Source: Camelus ferus (lineage: Eukaryota). From it: a DNA stretch of 64,000 nt. The translations under genes and the position numbers were made by a program. This document shows positions 12,445 to 23,395 of this stretch, one piece after another. The notes beneath the pieces are model-generated. The model worked only from the letters and a program-made list of their open reading frames with translations, was not told the DNA's origin and ran no database searches. Location of the stretch: positions 2,480,001-2,544,000 of the forward strand of contig NC_045713.1 of assembly GCF_009834535.1 (NCBI RefSeq). Direction: 5' to 3'. Each line of letters opens with the position of its first letter. Within the stretch, counting starts at the first letter, position 1.

Positions 12445-12870
12445 TATCCATGTCCCCTTCCCTTGAATCTAGGCTGGCCTTGGTGACATAACTCATAGAA
12501 TACACTGAAGTCACTGCATGACGTCCAAGGTGTCCACCTTGCTTGCTAGGATGCTCGCTTTTGAGCCCTGAACCACCTAAGGCCACTCTGATGGAGGAAG
12601 CTCAGCCACATGTGGAGGTGCTGTGGTGGACAACGCTGCGGAGAGCCCAGCCAACAGCCAGCATCAACCACCCAGCACTGCAGTGAAGACGACTCTGTAG
12701 GAATCCAGCCTCCAGATGACAAATCGCCCCCAGCTACTGAATCTTCCCAGCTGAGACCCAGACACCATGGGTCAGGGACAAGTCTTCCCTGTCTAATTCC
12801 TGACCCACAGAGTCCAAGAGCGTAATTAAACGGTTGTCTTACGCCACCAGCTCCAACTCCAGCTCCTTCC
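12445..12870 (+). mobile_element. MaLR LTR (MLT1G/H-like)
   Basis: CCCTTGAATCTAGGCTGGCCTTG...CCCAGCCAACAGCCAGCATCAAC...AATTCCTGACCCACAGA. Confidence 0.75.
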
Positions 12871-13065
12871 TTCTGCAGCCATCCATTCCACTGAGGTCTT
12901 AGTAGTTGGGCTTGAGCCTTGGAGGTTATATAGATAGGAGTTATTGACTCTAATCTCTTTTCTTCATAAAGCCAGGACAAGCTGCAAGCTCCCTGACGGC
13001 AGGAATGAGTTAGTCATGTAGACAATTATATCTCAACACTCACCACAGTGCCAGGAGCATGTGGG

Positions 13066-13715
13066 TAGGCTGTTTCAGCTATCTATCTAGTTATTTATCC
13101 CAAAACGTAGTGGCTTACCATGGAGGTCGGAAGATCTTGTCCACAGGCAGACCCAGCCTGCCAGCTCTTTTTGTAAATAAAGTTTAATGGGAACACAGCG
13201 ACAATCATTCATTTATATATTGTCTACAGCCGCTTTCACTCTGCAGGGGCAGAGCTGAGAAGCTGCAACAGAGATGATACCGCCCTCCTGCAAAACCTAA
13301 AATATTTACTATCTGCCTTTACAGAAGGATGTTTGCCAGCCCCTGATGCAGCACAATAATAATTTATTATCCCCCGCCCAGTGCTGTGGCTGGCTGGGCT
13401 CAGCTGAGCAGGTTTTTTTCCCTCTACACAATGAGGCTGCCTTCATCTGAGAACTTAGCTAGTGCTAGCACATCCAAGATGATGTCGCTGACATGTCTGG
13501 AATCTTAGTCCTCTTGGCCTGGGGCAGCTTCATTCTCTTCCATGCAGCCTTGCTCTCTGGCCTCTCATCATTCATTAGTCCACCCCAGGTTTCTTGATTA
13601 AAACTTCCAAGAGGAAGAGCAAAAGCAGAAGCTACCAAACTTAAGATCTGGGCCCAGAACCTATGCAGCAACACTTCCATCACCTTCTGTGGGTCAGAGC
13701 AAGTCACAGGGCAGT
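13066..13715 (-). mobile_element. MaLR LTR (MLT1H/I-like) split by MER58A
   Basis: CCCAAAACGTAGTGGCTTA...GGCTCAGCTGAGCAG...CAAGTCACAGGGCAG. Confidence 0.55.
13122..13346. mobile_element. MER58A hAT-Charlie MITE
   Basis: TTGTAAATAAAGTTTAATGGGAACACAGC...TTTACAGAAGGATGTTTGCCAGCCCCTG. Confidence 0.85.
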
Positions 13716-14447
13716 CAAGATGGAAGGAGAGAGGACTCTCCACTCCTGGTTGGAAGGAGCACCATGGATGTACAGAGAGGGCAGAAATTGTTGATACCTA
13801 TCTTTGGAGACTACCTACCATACAAAGCACACAGTCAATATTTCATGAATGAATGCAGGAGAGCTCTACAAAGGTGCAAACACAGCATGAGAAGGGAGCA
13901 AGTAACAGGTCAGGCCTTGAAGGATACATCCTAGGTTTTCCACAGGGAAGCAAGGTGTCCACGAGTGCCAGCACTAAGGAAGGGAGGGCTAGTGGAGCTG
14001 AAGAAAGGTCCCAGGTGAGTACAGGAAGAAAGGGAGAGAAATCAGGAACACAGTCAGTGAAGCCACTTGGGGATGGGAGGCTGCAGGGGTGGGATCAGAT
14101 ACCCAGTCTACACCGCAAAAAACACCAGACCTCCTCAGAACAAGCGCAAGAGTCAGATGTTATCAGTCAACACCAGACAAGAACTAGCAGCAACTGACGA
14201 GGAGGCAAAGCAGGGAGCTTCGTGAGTATCTTCAACATCGGGGTGAGCGTATTGGGCCGCCTTCCATCGTCCTGGTCTTGCATCAGACCAGACGACTGAT
14301 CTCAGTGAATGTGACTCCTGGGTCAGTGGCTGGGTCATGACAGTATCGGACAAAACAATGACCCCAACTACTCCGTTAAGAGGCTTAGAAGAACTTGCTA
14401 CAACCCAAGAAAGGAACCTGGCATCTTCAACAACAGAAGAGCATTAC

Positions 14448-14547
14448 CTTCCAGTGGTGTACGGGGGCTGCAGCCAGGGAGCCAGCGGCCCGGCAGGTAA
14501 ACCGACCGGAAGCAGCAGATGAATCAGGCTCATTATTTCACTTCATC
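14448..14547 (-). ncRNA. Candidate 100-nt exon with ATG at 14533
   Basis: Acceptor TTTTAACTTCTCTGCAG|G with branch-like TTAAC; donor AAG|GTAATG; CpG-rich unique sequence. Confidence 0.42.
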
Positions 14548-15477
14548 CTGCAGAGAAGTTAAAATCTCCACTGTTTCACACAAGAGGAAGCTGAAGCTTG
14601 AAGAGATTAAAGATCTCTCCCACGTTCAGATAGTTAACATGTAGAAGAGGCATGATTTGGACGCCATTCTGCCTGAATCTAAAGCAAGGCATTCTGCTTC
14701 CCTATGGAACAGAGAAACTGCTATATATGGAAAAGGTAAAAATATGAGGCTTCATCTGCCTAGAGAAGTGTGTCTCAAAATATGTCCTGAGCAACACTAT
14801 TACCTTGAAATGATCCTCCAAAAAATGATCCCAAGGTTAGTAAGCATGAGAGCTGGTGCCTGGCAGAGCCCTTTTTGAAAGTCACATGAGCATTTGTATA
14901 TTTGAATAAGAGTCTAGCTGAAATCCAAGCCCCTTTTTCATGTACTGTCCACCAACATCCTAAAGAACGAGTGCTCTAAGTAACCTCTGGGAAGGTTCTC
15001 TCCAGGAAGATGAAGCGGCCTTAATAATCTCATTAAATATGTAACCGTTGAGGACACATTTTTGGCAACCACTAGAATTTGGAGCGCCCAGTGAAGGCTG
15101 AAGCAGGTTTAATACACATTAAAAAAAGGTCTTATTCTTCATAGTCTAAAGGAAGCTTAGAAACCTTGCTGCCATGATAAATAAAAATATTTTAAAAGCC
15201 ATAATCATGTTGTTAATGAATGGGGGCCCTCTGGCCTCCCAAGAGTGGCTGTAGGTGTCAGAATTAGAGGCACAGTATCGTACTGGACGTGCCACAGCTC
15301 CAGCATTTTATAGAGACTCAGAGCAAATTTGACCCAGCTGGCCTGGCCTGTCACAGCTGGCTATGACTTTATTTCTCCTGTGTCTTATCTGCAGAGGGTA
15401 CCTGGAAAAGTCAGCATCTTTCTATCCTGCCATGTTTACATAATCCCAGTAACTCAGAATTGAGGTGGCAGTTAATT

Positions 15478-16175
15478 TTGCATTGCTGGTGGAAATGTAA
15501 AATGGTGCAGCTGCTATGGAAAACAGTATGGGAGTTCATCCAAAATTTTAAAATAGAATTACTGTAGGATCCAACAATTCCACTTCTGGGTATAAACCCA
15601 AAAGAATTAAAAGCAAAAGACTTGAAGTGATATTTGTACACCCATTTTTCACAGCAGCATTATTCTCAATAGCTAAAAGCCAGAAGCCACCTGTATGTCC
15701 ATCGACAGACAAACGGATGAACAGANNNNNNNNNNNNNNNNNNNNNNNNNNNNNNNNNNNNNNNNNNNNNNNNNNNNNNNNNNNNNNNNNNNNNNNNNNN
15801 NNNNNNNNNNNNNNNNNNNNNNNNNNNNNNNNNNNNNNNNNNNNNNNNNNNNNNNNNNNNNNNNNNNNNNNNNNNNNNNNNNNNNNNNNNNNNNNNNNNN
15901 NNNNNNNNNNNNNNNNNNNNNNNNNNNNNNNNNNNNNNNNNNNNNNNNGAAAGGAGCTATTGTTAATGCAAACTGAGTTTCAGTTTGGGAAAATGAAACG
16001 AGTTCTGGAGATGGATGGCGGTGATGGTTACATAGCAATGTGAATGTACTTAATACTATCAAGGCACTTAAAAATGGTTAAGATGGAGTGTGGCTCCAGG
16101 GGTGAAATTGGTTAAGGTGCAGTACTTACAAAAATGATTAAGACGGTACACTTTGTTATGTGTATTTCACACAAG
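15478..16175 (+). mobile_element. L1MB-type 3' end, includes N block 15726-15948
   Basis: TTGCTGGTGGAAATGTAAAATGGTGCAGC...GTTCTGGAGATGGATGGCGGTGATGG. Confidence 0.9.
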
Positions 16176-16490
16176 GAGGGAGGGAATAAAGGAGGGAGGG
16201 AGGGAGGGGGGAAGGAAGGCAGGCAGGCAGGCCCTAGGTGGAGGTTAAATAGTGATTTATTTTGCATCTAATGCAGAGCAAGGGGGTCTTCCTAACAGCA
16301 AGGCAGAGCTCAGAGCCCTGCACCCGCCCCTTCCCCTCAGCCCTCCTAGGTAGATTCATACCCGGTCAGAGCTCGGCCCTCCCCAGGCCTCCCAGAGGGA
16401 GGCAATCGCAGCTGCAGCTGGTTAATCACCTGTCACCCAATCCTTCATTCACACCAGTTCAGGAGCAAGGATCCCACACGTCTAACTTAC

Positions 16491-16594
16491 CCGACGGCCC
16501 TCCAGTCCCTCTCCTCCTGCACAGGGGTGAGTGCAGATGGTTTCAGTCTGAACAAAAGAACCAGTTTAAACGACAACAAAGAATTGCTTCAGAC
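16491..16594 (-). ncRNA. Candidate 104-nt non-coding exon
   Basis: Acceptor CTTCTTTCTTTCAATACCTGATTTTCTTTAG|; donor CGG|GTAAGT; stops in all three frames. Confidence 0.45.
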
Positions 16595-16959
16595 CTAAAG
16601 AAAATCAGGTATTGAAAGAAAGAAGCCCTGTCTCTCCTTTCTATTTCCTTTTTTTGCGGGGAGGGTGAGGGGCGGCTCAGGAGACCTGGCTCTGGAGGGG
16701 AACCCAGGCTGGGTCGGCCTCCGACGATGCCTATTCGCCAGCCTCTGGGATGGTAACTGGTCCTCGAAGCCTCTGAGACGCCATACAGTTTGTATTAGCT
16801 CTGCTGATAGTCCCAGCTGCCACTTGTTTGTGTTTCCTCATAACTTCCTCCTATTCCCACTAGTCTGAAAGCCAAGAACATGGCTGAAGCAGTGGTGACA
16901 TAAGGGAAATAAATGGTCACCAAAGTAACAAAGAAGTGTTGTTTTGCCCCCATGGAATT

Positions 16960-17062
16960 GTAGGAAGGAAGGAAGTGGGGAGAGAGAGAGAAGGAGCAAG
17001 AGGAAGAGAGAAGGGGAGGCTGAGGGAGAGAGGAAGGGAGGAAGAGGGGAGGAAAGAAGACG
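16960..17062. repeat. GA-rich low-complexity tract
   Basis: Purine-only GGA/GA runs. Confidence 0.9.
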
Positions 17063-17124
17063 AAAAGAGATTTTTAGTGAAACTGTTTTGAAATAAGAAC
17101 ACTCAAGCATTTGCTGTAGCGTTT

Positions 17125-18020
17125 TACGTGTACAAGTACTCTGGAAAACAGGACAATGTGCATTAAGTGTAATAGAAATAAATATACCTTTTAGCCCAGT
17201 AATTCCACTCAAGGGATTTGTTATAAAGAAATAATTTAAGAGAAACAAAAAGCTACATGCATTAGAATAAAGATATCAGTTAAAAAAAAAAAGAATAAAG
17301 ATCGCAGAATTATGTCCAAGATTGGGAAACTGCAAACAATCTAAACTTCTAGTAATATGGGAATAGCTAAGTAAGGTATGAGAAATTAGCATGATCATAT
17401 ATTACTGCGAAATAAAATTCATGTTTTATGGCAAGACAGATTTAAATGTAAAAAATGTTCTCTGCCCTTCGCCCTCCTCTCTCCCCTCTGCTGTGCGTGG
17501 TGCATCTGCTTTATGCATCGACCAAACCTCCCCATCAGCAGAAATACTCGCTCAACAGGGTAAATAGCAACACTCTCCTAACACCAAGACAGCTCCTTAA
17601 AAGATAACATTCCTTCTTGACCTTGTAAGGGGTCATGATGACCCACCACTTTGCACGTCATTTCATGTACAGCCTCTGTCTCAAAAAACTTGCAAAACTG
17701 TCCTCTAACGGGCAGAACAGTTCTCGGAGATTTCTGGTTATAATCCTCTAATTGGCTCGAATGAAAATTTCCATTTTTTTCTTAGATAGAATTATTAATT
17801 TTTTGTTGACATTGTATAGCCATGAAAATAATTATTGAGAACATGTCACAGTATAGAACTTAACTACGAAATGCAGAATTTACATTTATGTGTATACTCT
17901 GATTATAAGGATACAAAATATGTGCATAGAGACTAACTAGAACAGGATTTAAAACTGAAAACTGTTGCTGTATTAAGGGTGGCAGAATTATTAGTGACTT
18001 TTTTCTTTTTTACAATATTT
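17125..18020 (+). mobile_element. Old L1ME/MC 3' region interrupted by a solo LTR
   Basis: GCCCAGTAATTCCACTC before the LTR; continues TATAGCCATGAAAATAAT...GGGTGGCAGAATTATTAGTGAC after it. Confidence 0.6.
17422..17811 (+). mobile_element. Solo ERV LTR (about 390 nt)
   Basis: TG...CA termini; U5-like end TTGGCTCGAATGAAAATTTCCATT...TTAATTTTTTGTTGACA; CpG retained; no clean TSD. Confidence 0.65.
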
Positions 18021-18026
18021 TGTTTA

Positions 18027-20228
18027 GATCCGCCAAGATGGCGGAGTAGAAAGACCCCTGAGCTCACCACCTCTCACGAGCACACCAAAATCACAACTAC
18101 CTGCAGAAAACTATCCACGAAAAACACCAGACCCTGCCAGAAGAGATCTTCTACAGCCAAAGACGTAAGGTACCACAATGCGATGGGCAGGAGGGGTGGA
18201 TTCGAGATATAATCAACTCCCATACCCCCAGTGGGCGACCCACAGACTGGAGAATAATTCTGCTGCAGAATTTCCCCCACAGGGCTGAGAGTTCTAAGCC
18301 CCACATCAGGCTCCCCAGCCCAGGATTCTGACACCAGGAAGATGAGCCCCCAGAGTATTTGGCTTTAATGGCCAGTGGGGCTTAATTTCAGGAACCGCAC
18401 AGGACTGAGGGAAATAGAGACTCACTTTAAAGGGCCCACACAACATCTCACACGCACTGGGACCCACGGCAAAAGCAGTAACGTGATAGAAGCCTGGTCA
18501 AGACCTACCTGCTGGTCTTGGAGCATCTCTGGAAGAGCTAGTGTTGGCTGCAGCTCATTCTGGGGACACAGACATTGGTGGCAGCCCTATTTGCGAGTTT
18601 ATCCTACTGCGCAGATGCTGATGTGGGCGGGCCCCACCATGGGGCTCCAGCTCATTAGAGCCAAGACCTGGCCCTGCCCAACAGCCTGCAGGCACCAGTG
18701 CTGGGAAGCCTCAGGCCAAACAACTAACAGGGTGGGGACACAGCCCCACCTATCATCAGATGGCTACCTAAAGACTTCCTGAGCCCATAGCCTCTAGACT
18801 CACCTCTAGACACATGTCTAGCCCTGCCCACCGGAGGGCCAAGACCCAGCTTCACCCGTCAGTGGACAGGCAACAGCCTGACCTCCAGGAAGCCTGCTCT
18901 AGCCTCTGGACCAGCCTCACCAGATGCAAGCAAACCACAATCCCTCTGCCTTCAGACTGAGCCTGCCCACAGTAGGCTAGATCCTTCCCTCAAACCAACT
19001 GGGCCTCAGCTCCACTCACTGGCAGGCCAATGCAAGCTTCAGGACACCCCATACCCAACTGTGTCAGAAAATACTCTCCCTCCCTCCACCAGTGATCTGA
19101 CACCAGCTCTGGGATCCCTGGGCCCTGCAGCCAGACTCCAGGACCTAGTTCTGCCTGCTAATAGTCTAGCACTAAACCCAGGACCTGGCTTCATACCCCA
19201 GGGGGTGGACAACAGCCCCGGAGTCTTCTGGACCCTGAATCCTCCCACCAGTGAGCCAGCACTAACCCTGGGGCCCCTCAGGGTTCTGCAACCAGCAGTC
19301 TCATGACCAAGCTCCACTAACCAGCAGGCTGCAGCATCCACACAAAGCAGGGCCTGGCAACCAATCAAGCCTACCAAACCATCCACACAGCCTGCCACAA
19401 CAGAGGGATGCACGCAGCCCTCACAGAGGGAACCCCTAGAGCATATAGTTTCGGTGATGAGAGGGGAGTGCACTGCTGCGATGCATAGAATGTCTCCTAT
19501 AGAAATCCACTTTTCCAAAGCTGGGAAACATGACTACCTCCCAATATATAAAAATACAAATAGCAACTTAGACAAAATGAGGAGGCAGAGGAACATGTTC
19601 TAGATGAAGGAACAAGATAAAACCCCAGCAGGAGAACTAAATGAAATGGAGATAGGCAATCTACCCGAGAAGGAGTTCAGGGCAATGATTGTAAAGATGA
19701 TCAAAGAACTCATGAGAAGAACAGAATCACAGAACGAGAAGTTAGAAGTTTTTAACAAAGAGTTAGAAAATAAGAAAGAATAGCCAAACAGAGATGAAGA
19801 ACCCAATAATTGAAATGAAAAATACACTAGAAGAAATCAACAGACTAAATGATACAGAGGAATGGATCAGTGAGCTGGAAGACAGAGAAGTAGAAATCAT
19901 TGACACTGAACATAAAAAGAAAAAGAATAAAAAGAAACAAGGACAGTTTAAGACACCTCTGGGACAACATCAAGCACACTAATATTTGTATTAATAGGGA
20001 TCCCAGAAGAGAGAGAGAAAGGGGATGAGAACATATTTGAAGACATAATAGTCAAAACATTCCCTAATCTGAGAAAGGAAACAGCCACTCAAGTCCAGAA
20101 AGTGCAGTCTTATACAAGATTAACTCAAAGAGGAACACACTGAGACACACTGTAATTAAAATGACAAAAGTTAAAGATAGAGAATACTAAAAGCAGTGAA
20201 GGAAAAGCAACAAATAACATACAAAGGA
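18027..20228 (+). mobile_element. Cetartiodactyl-type L1 with 5'UTR and ORF1 only (3'-truncated)
   Basis: Starts GCCAAGATGGCGGAGTAG (YY1 core); GC-rich 5'UTR; ORF1 remnant; abuts an L2 fragment at 20229. Confidence 0.9.
19577..20228 (+). pseudogene. Disrupted L1 ORF1p
   Basis: MRRQRNMF*MKEQDKTPAGELNEMEIGNLPEKEFRAMIVKMIKEL..., with stops and frameshifts. Confidence 0.9.
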
Positions 20229-20735
20229 AATTTATTTGTATTATTGACTTTCATATCCCCAGCACCCATGACTGTGCCTAACACATACTAAGTGTAACAG
20301 TTACCTATTGCTGTGTAACAAACTACCCTAAAGCTAAGTGTGATAAAATGACAAGAAACATGAATTATCTCACACAGTTTCCATGTGGCAGGAATTTGGG
20401 AGCAGCTCAGCTGAGTGGTTCTGGTGTATGGTCTCCTCATGAGAATTCAGCCAAGATGTGAGCCAGAAGTTCTCTGAAGGTTTGACTATAGTCTTCCAAA
20501 GTGGCTCATTTTCATGGCTGATCCAAAAGAGAGTAAGGCAGAAGCCACAATGTGTTTTATGATGTAGTTGGAAGTTACACACTGTTATTTCTAAAATATC
20601 TTCTTGGTTACATAGATCAATCCTATTACTATGGGAGAGGACTATCTCCTGGTAAATACCAGGAGGTGGGGGTCACTGGGAGCCATCTGAGAGGGTGGCT
20701 ACCACACTAAGTGTTCAATTAATATATACTGATGA
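20229..20735 (+). mobile_element. L2 3' end split by MLT1F
   Basis: CCCCAGCACCCATGACTGTGCCTAACACATACTAAG / TGTTCAATTAATATATACTGATGAATAAA. Confidence 0.75.
20293..20706 (-). mobile_element. MLT1F-like solo LTR with perfect 5-bp TSD
   Basis: TG...CA termini flanked by CTAAG at 20288-20292 and 20707-20711. Confidence 0.9.
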
Positions 20736-20769
20736 ATAAACTCATAATTAAATGGTAAAAAGAAGTCTG

Positions 20770-20950
20770 ATTGCTTTCATTTACACTCTGTATGGACAAG
20801 TAATTTAACTTCTCTAAGCCTCAGTTTCCACATCTATAAAATAAAATTGCTGCAAGTATTAAATTAAATATTCAGTGTAAAGGCACTTAACATGATGTGG
20901 TGCATGTAAGTGCTCAAAAGATGTTGTCTACTTTTCATTATTACTATTAT
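20770..20950 (+). mobile_element. MIR SINE
   Basis: TTTAACTTCTCTAAGCCTCAGTTTCCACATCTATAAAAT. Confidence 0.85.
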
Positions 20951-21199
20951 AGTTGCTGTTAATTCCTGGCCATAAGTCTCTTTATTGATACTCCTTGTAA
21001 GGGTTTATCCTTCAAGGAGAGAGAAACTCACTGGTCTAGAAAAATTTTCAACTCATTTTACTTACACAAAAAAAAAGAAAAAAATTCAAAATATTTTCAA
21101 GATTGCCCTGGAAGCAAGATTGTTGGCGATAGACTATTTTAAGATTTATTGAAAGAAGGCTATTGAGGCCACTGGAGAAAACTGGTATTTGTGAAAATG

Positions 21200-21348
21200 G
21201 GATCAAGATGGCAGCTGAGCACATGCTTTGGTCACTCCTACCCAGGAAGAAACAGAAAATCAGTACTGTCACTGGAACATAAAAAAGTGTGCCATCAGCA
21301 GGCCAGAAACTTTTATGAATTCATAAAAGAGAGAAAGCAGATGAGCAC
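21200..21348 (+). mobile_element. Possible old L1M 5' end
   Basis: CAAGATGGCAG start motif; cut by MER21. Confidence 0.35.
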
Positions 21349-22111
21349 TGTGAGATAATAGAAAGTACATATAGTGGTCTGTGCCCTCAGCTCCTGGCAC
21401 AGAGCCCCTAAAACCCTTGTAAATTCATAAAGGATACGAGCCCTAGGAGCATCGTTTATTTTAATGAGTGACTGTGGGTGGGCTCTTGGATGGCTCTTCG
21501 ATGGGGGCTGGTCACCAGAAAGACCAAGCCATGATTAGAAGCTTGGAATATTCAGCCCCACCCCAACCCCCATTCTTCAGAGAGGGGAGAGGGGCTGGAA
21601 TGGAATTAGTCCATGGGGACAGAAGTTCCTGCATTCAGGAAACTCCTAGACCATGCCCCATGTATCTCTTCATCTGTATTCTTTATCATATCCTTTAATA
21701 AAATGATAAACTTAAGTTTTTTCCTGAGTTCTGTGAGCTGCTGTAGAAAATGAATTGAGCCCAAGGAGAGGGTGATTGGAACCAACAATCTATAGTAGGT
21801 TTGTTCAAAGTTCAGGTGATAAACTGGCCTTGCAACTGGTGTCTGAGGTGTGTGTGTTTTGGGGAGGGGATAAGGGGGGGGGGGTCTTGAGGAACGGAGC
21901 CCTTAGCCTGAAGGATCTGATTCTATGTCCAAGTAGACAGTGTCAGAATTGAATTAAATTGTAGGACACCCAGTTGGTGTTACAGAGAATTGCTTAGTGT
22001 GGGGAAAAACCTCCACATATTTGATGACCACAAGCGTCAGAAGTGAAGTGTTTTGCATGAGTAATAAAATAAACACATAGGAGACAGACAGAACTGGGGG
22101 TTTTCCCTACA
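21349..22111 (+). mobile_element. MER21-family LTR
   Basis: TGTGAGATAATAG...CTCCTGGCACAGAGCCCCTAAAACCCTTG...TTTTCCCTACA; flanks GCAC/GCAG. Confidence 0.85.
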
Positions 22112-22149
22112 GCAGAGTGAAAGGCTGCGTTTTACATTTTAAGCACAAT

Positions 22150-22817
22150 CATCCATTGTTGGTGGTAATGTCAGATGACAATGCTGTTTAGGAGGGCACG
22201 GAAAACATGTATCTAAAAAAAGTTACTGTGATTGTTATTTAAACTATTCCAATGTTAAGAATCTGTCTTAAAGATACATACTAAAACATACACCTAAAGA
22301 ATTACCTGTGCATGTTTGTGTAGAAGTATATTCACAAAAACATTTTTCTATAATTGCAAAAAAATTAGAAACCACCAAAATGTGTCTGAATGGTCATCAT
22401 TAAATAAATAATGAAACACTATGCAGACATGAAAAATTATCAAGAAGCCTCATAGGTACTGACATGGACATTTCTTCAGAATATATTATTATTATTATTT
22501 TATATAAGTATAGTCAGTTTACAATGTTGTGTCAATTTCTGGTGTACAGCGTAACAGTTCAGTCATACATATACATACATATATTCATTTTCACTAGAAT
22601 ATATTATTTATTTCTTATTGTTACTTCTCATTTCTTCATATTTAAAATTAGCTGAAAAGTGCAAGTTGCCAAACAGGAGACAAAGAACATTATACCATTT
22701 TTGTAAAACCAAAGTCAGGTACTTATGATTAAACATATAATACATGTGAGTACTCATGTGTGTGCATAAATTCACAGAAAAAAATCATAAGCTTAAAAAT
22801 CAATCCGTTAATAGTGG
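22150..22817 (+). mobile_element. L1ME fragment with a nested antisense young-L1 tail (about 22488-22600)
   Basis: AAAAATTAGAAACCACCAAAATGTG; nested AAGTATAGTCAGTTTACAATGTTGTGTCAATTTCTGGTGTACAGC. Confidence 0.65.
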
Positions 22818-23395
22818 TGTATCAATCAGAGTCCAGTCAGGAATCAGAAATCACTAAAGTTATTTCAACGCAGAGAATTTAATAAAAAGGAATTGTTAAC
22901 TAGGTGTAGAGTTGTTAACTAGGTAGCTGAAAGTTACCACAGAGGTAGCAACTACTGGAAGCAGCTACCACCTCTCGGGCTGGAGGAGCAAAGAGGGGAG
23001 GCTGGAATTATTTAAACTTAGAGAACTTAGAGGGAGCTATGGGGCCCCGGGCCTCTGGGGAGGGGAGGACGGCCACCTGATGCGATGCCTCTGAGGGCAC
23101 ACAGCGAAGCTTGTCCACAAGAGCTGGAGAGACTGCAAAGTGGATTCAGTTGCTACCACAGGAAGAAACCACCACTGTTGGGGTGGCAGTGACAAGGACA
23201 GGAAGTCCATGAGAGACAGACAGAACGTCCACAGGAAGCAGACAGCAAGGAGCCGTTCTCTACTTCCTCCTCCCCTTTGCAGTCTCCCTCTAGACCACCT
23301 TTGTCAGAGCCTCACAAAGCCAAATGTGGTTTCCAAAGTTCCTGCTCCAGGATCACAAAGCAGGCTAAAGACTGGAGTCAATGACTCCATGCAAA
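22818..23395. mobile_element. ERVL LTR (LTR41/LTR33-like)
   Basis: TGTATCAATCAGAGTCCAGTCAGGAATCAGAAA...GCAGTCTCCCTCTAG...CAGAGCC. Confidence 0.65.

Noticed and set aside
14139-14221. Plus-strand CAG|...|GTGAGT exon-like pair
   Set aside because: Very short pyrimidine tract, no partner exons, no recognisable peptide.
16066-16146. Three AAATGGTTAAGA-like motifs that superficially resemble an array
   Set aside because: Slippage duplications inside an L1MB 3'UTR; not CRISPR-like, and the genome is eukaryotic.
18375-19518. 135-aa and 159-aa ORFs
   Set aside because: Within the L1 5'UTR, with no evidence for translation.
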